Program-made: the position numbers and the translations under genes | Shown: positions 62,351 to 64,000 of the stretch, in pieces | Layout of the letters: each line of letters opens with the position of its first letter | Numbering within the stretch: position 1 is the stretch's first letter | NCBI RefSeq assembly: GCF_001447785.1 | Contig: NW_015177022.1 | Span: 916,654 to 980,653 of the forward strand | From: Gekko japonicus | Taxonomy: Eukaryota | DNA length: 64,000 nt | Direction of reading: 5' to 3' | Notes under the pieces: model-generated | What the model was told of the DNA's origin: nothing | Database searches by the model: none | What the model saw: the letters and a program-made list of their open reading frames with translations, nothing else

Positions 62351-62634
62351 TGCGACACTCACCTCAGGCAGTAGTTTATGTAAATTCCAAGCAATTTGGT
62401 TTCCAATGATCGCATACCTGAGGGAGACTTTGTTCCTAATAATCATCATTACCAGAAACTCTTATTCTTTTGAACTATCTAAAATTGTGTTTGTTTCTCA
62501 GGTACTGTATAGATTGTCACTTCTATACTGTTAGACATGAAGTACTATCCACTCATGCAGTTTACAGTTTGTTTGTGTTAAATGCTATATTTTCAAAAAA
62601 TTATAAATAAAGTCTTTTTTTTTTAAAAAAAAAA
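62351..62634 (+). mobile_element. 5'-truncated L1 (ORF2 extreme C-terminus, 3'UTR, polyA)
   Basis: Perfect 14-bp TSD gaaaatttcccact (62337-62350 and 62635-62648) at a tt/gaaaa site; KFQAIWFPMIAYL motif; aataaa and A-tail. Confidence 0.8.
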
Positions 62635-63152
62635 GAAAATTTCCCACTAAGGTAATCAAGACCACTTCAAGCATGTCTCATTCTTTTCCTGAATACTTCC
62701 TTCCCCGTATTCCAAATAATTTGGAACCCCAGGACTTTGGAATTCCCTTCTCCTTACCTTTGGCCAATCAGAGGGCATATCTGCTAACCCACTATGTCCC
62801 GTCTCTGCTTTCAATCTGTTATTTTTAACTCTCCCATAACCCTATAAATGCAGTCAGAACTTATAACCAAGTCATGCTTTGCTCTGCTGTGCTTATGGCC
62901 TGCTTGTTATATACCCAGAAGTACAGTGCCCACAGTCATGTTTCTGCTTCTTCAGCCATGCTTCGTTAAGGTGTGCTTGCAGGAGATATTGCAAGTGTAT
63001 TTTTTCTGGCTCCCAATCACTTGGGTTTGTACACCTGTGGAATACCCATCATGATGCATGGATTTATCTCATGGATTGTTTGATGCCTGCTTTGGACTCC
63101 TGCTTTAGGACTTGGACCTTTGCCTGGAATCTGCATAAATAGGTAGCTGTAA

Positions 63153-63330
63153 GCCAGTATATCATAGTGGTTAGAGTATCAGGCCAGGATCTGGGGGATC
63201 CAGCTTCAGATCCCCACATTGCCCTGAAGCTCTCTAAATCACCTTGGGTCAGTTGCACTCTCTAACCAAACCACCCTACAGGGTTGTTGCAAGGATAAAA
63301 TGGGGAAGAGAGAATTTTGTACAGGAAAGC
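63153..63330 (+). mobile_element. MIR/Squam3-like SINE
   Basis: atagtggttagagtatcagg head; cagggttgttgcaaggataaaatgg core. Confidence 0.65.
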
Positions 63331-63690
63331 AGTACACAGAAATTGATCTTTGTACAAGCCCTTTACAATGGATTCTGACAGGGTTGGGTTTTTGGGGTTT
63401 TTTGCTGCACGTGTATGGAACAAAAGATGCACAAATACAATTGAATGGGAGAACTGGTGCACATGCCCAGCACTCTGCATTATATTTGGAAATTGAAGGA
63501 TGGTTCGATATAGCATTATATTCACATTAAAATCTGGTAAAGCCTGCCCCAGTGGGCAAAACCCTATTTATGTAAGCCACCCTGAGCCAGCCTTGGCTGG
63601 GAGGGCGGGGTAGAAATGTTATAAATAAATAAATAAATATGTCTACTTGGGAGAGGAACTCAGCCTGAAAGACAACAAAATACTTTTGAA

Positions 63691-64000
63691 CAGGGGTCAT
63701 TTCGTAGAAAAAGAGCTAGGGGAACTCATTAGCATAACTCATTAGCATATACCACACCCCCTGACATCAGGGGCCCGGCGGTGGACCTGCAAGGCCAGCG
63801 GGAGTGCGAGGAAGCCCCGCCAAGGCCCTCCCTGGCCCCAGGCAGGCAGGGGTGGGGAGAGGTGGGGAGGAAGCAACTTACCCTCCATCTTCTCCTGCCT
63901 CCTCCTGGTTGAATGAGGGCTGGAAGTGGAGCGGCCGGAAGCAGGGGGCGGGGCTTCATCATGTGCCCCGCCCCCCTGCACCTCACCCGGGGGAACTGCG
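63691..64000 (+). mobile_element. hAT MITE, caggggtcattt-TIR family (cut by the window edge)
   Basis: Collinear with 17341-17650, about 95% identical by eye. Confidence 0.92.

Noticed and set aside
1-64000. The many short six-frame ORFs as host genes
   Set aside because: None resembles a cellular protein I recognise. Those with recognisable motifs are retroelement fragments, and the recurring peptides (e.g. GGVAYANELC, ALSAPPTSQGVCCGE) come from repeated MITEs and SINEs.

Overview
This is eukaryotic, repeat-rich, non-coding DNA from a gapped assembly (7 N-runs). The repeat content points to a squamate reptile, most likely a gecko: MIR/Ther1-derived Squam3-type SINEs, 5S-derived Sauria-type SINEs, BovB, CR1, L2, squamate-type L1 and hAT MITEs with TAGGGTTGCCA ends. 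I found no host protein-coding exon I can support. The only ORFs with recognisable protein content are retroelement fragments: BovB RT, CR1 RT, L2 ORF2, L1 ORF1 and L1 ORF2 C-termini. Many insertions are nested and have readable target-site duplications (TSDs). Most notable: (1) a 34-bp primate-Alu-like segment fused to a BovB fragment inside a five-part mosaic at 42.0-43.0 kb; (2) both ends of an L1-type element, bounded by a perfect 17-bp TSD, with the middle hidden in an N-gap; (3) two 1.8%-diverged LTR copies flanking another gap; (4) an ORF1-only (HAL1-like) L1 fragment; (5) a young hAT MITE family carrying tandem ATGCTAATGAG octamer-like, CRE-like and ETS motifs; (6) a tight IRF/RUNX/NF-kB/ETS motif cluster. 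Family names come from recalled consensus motifs, not from database searches. I cannot demonstrate a genuinely new biological system here.
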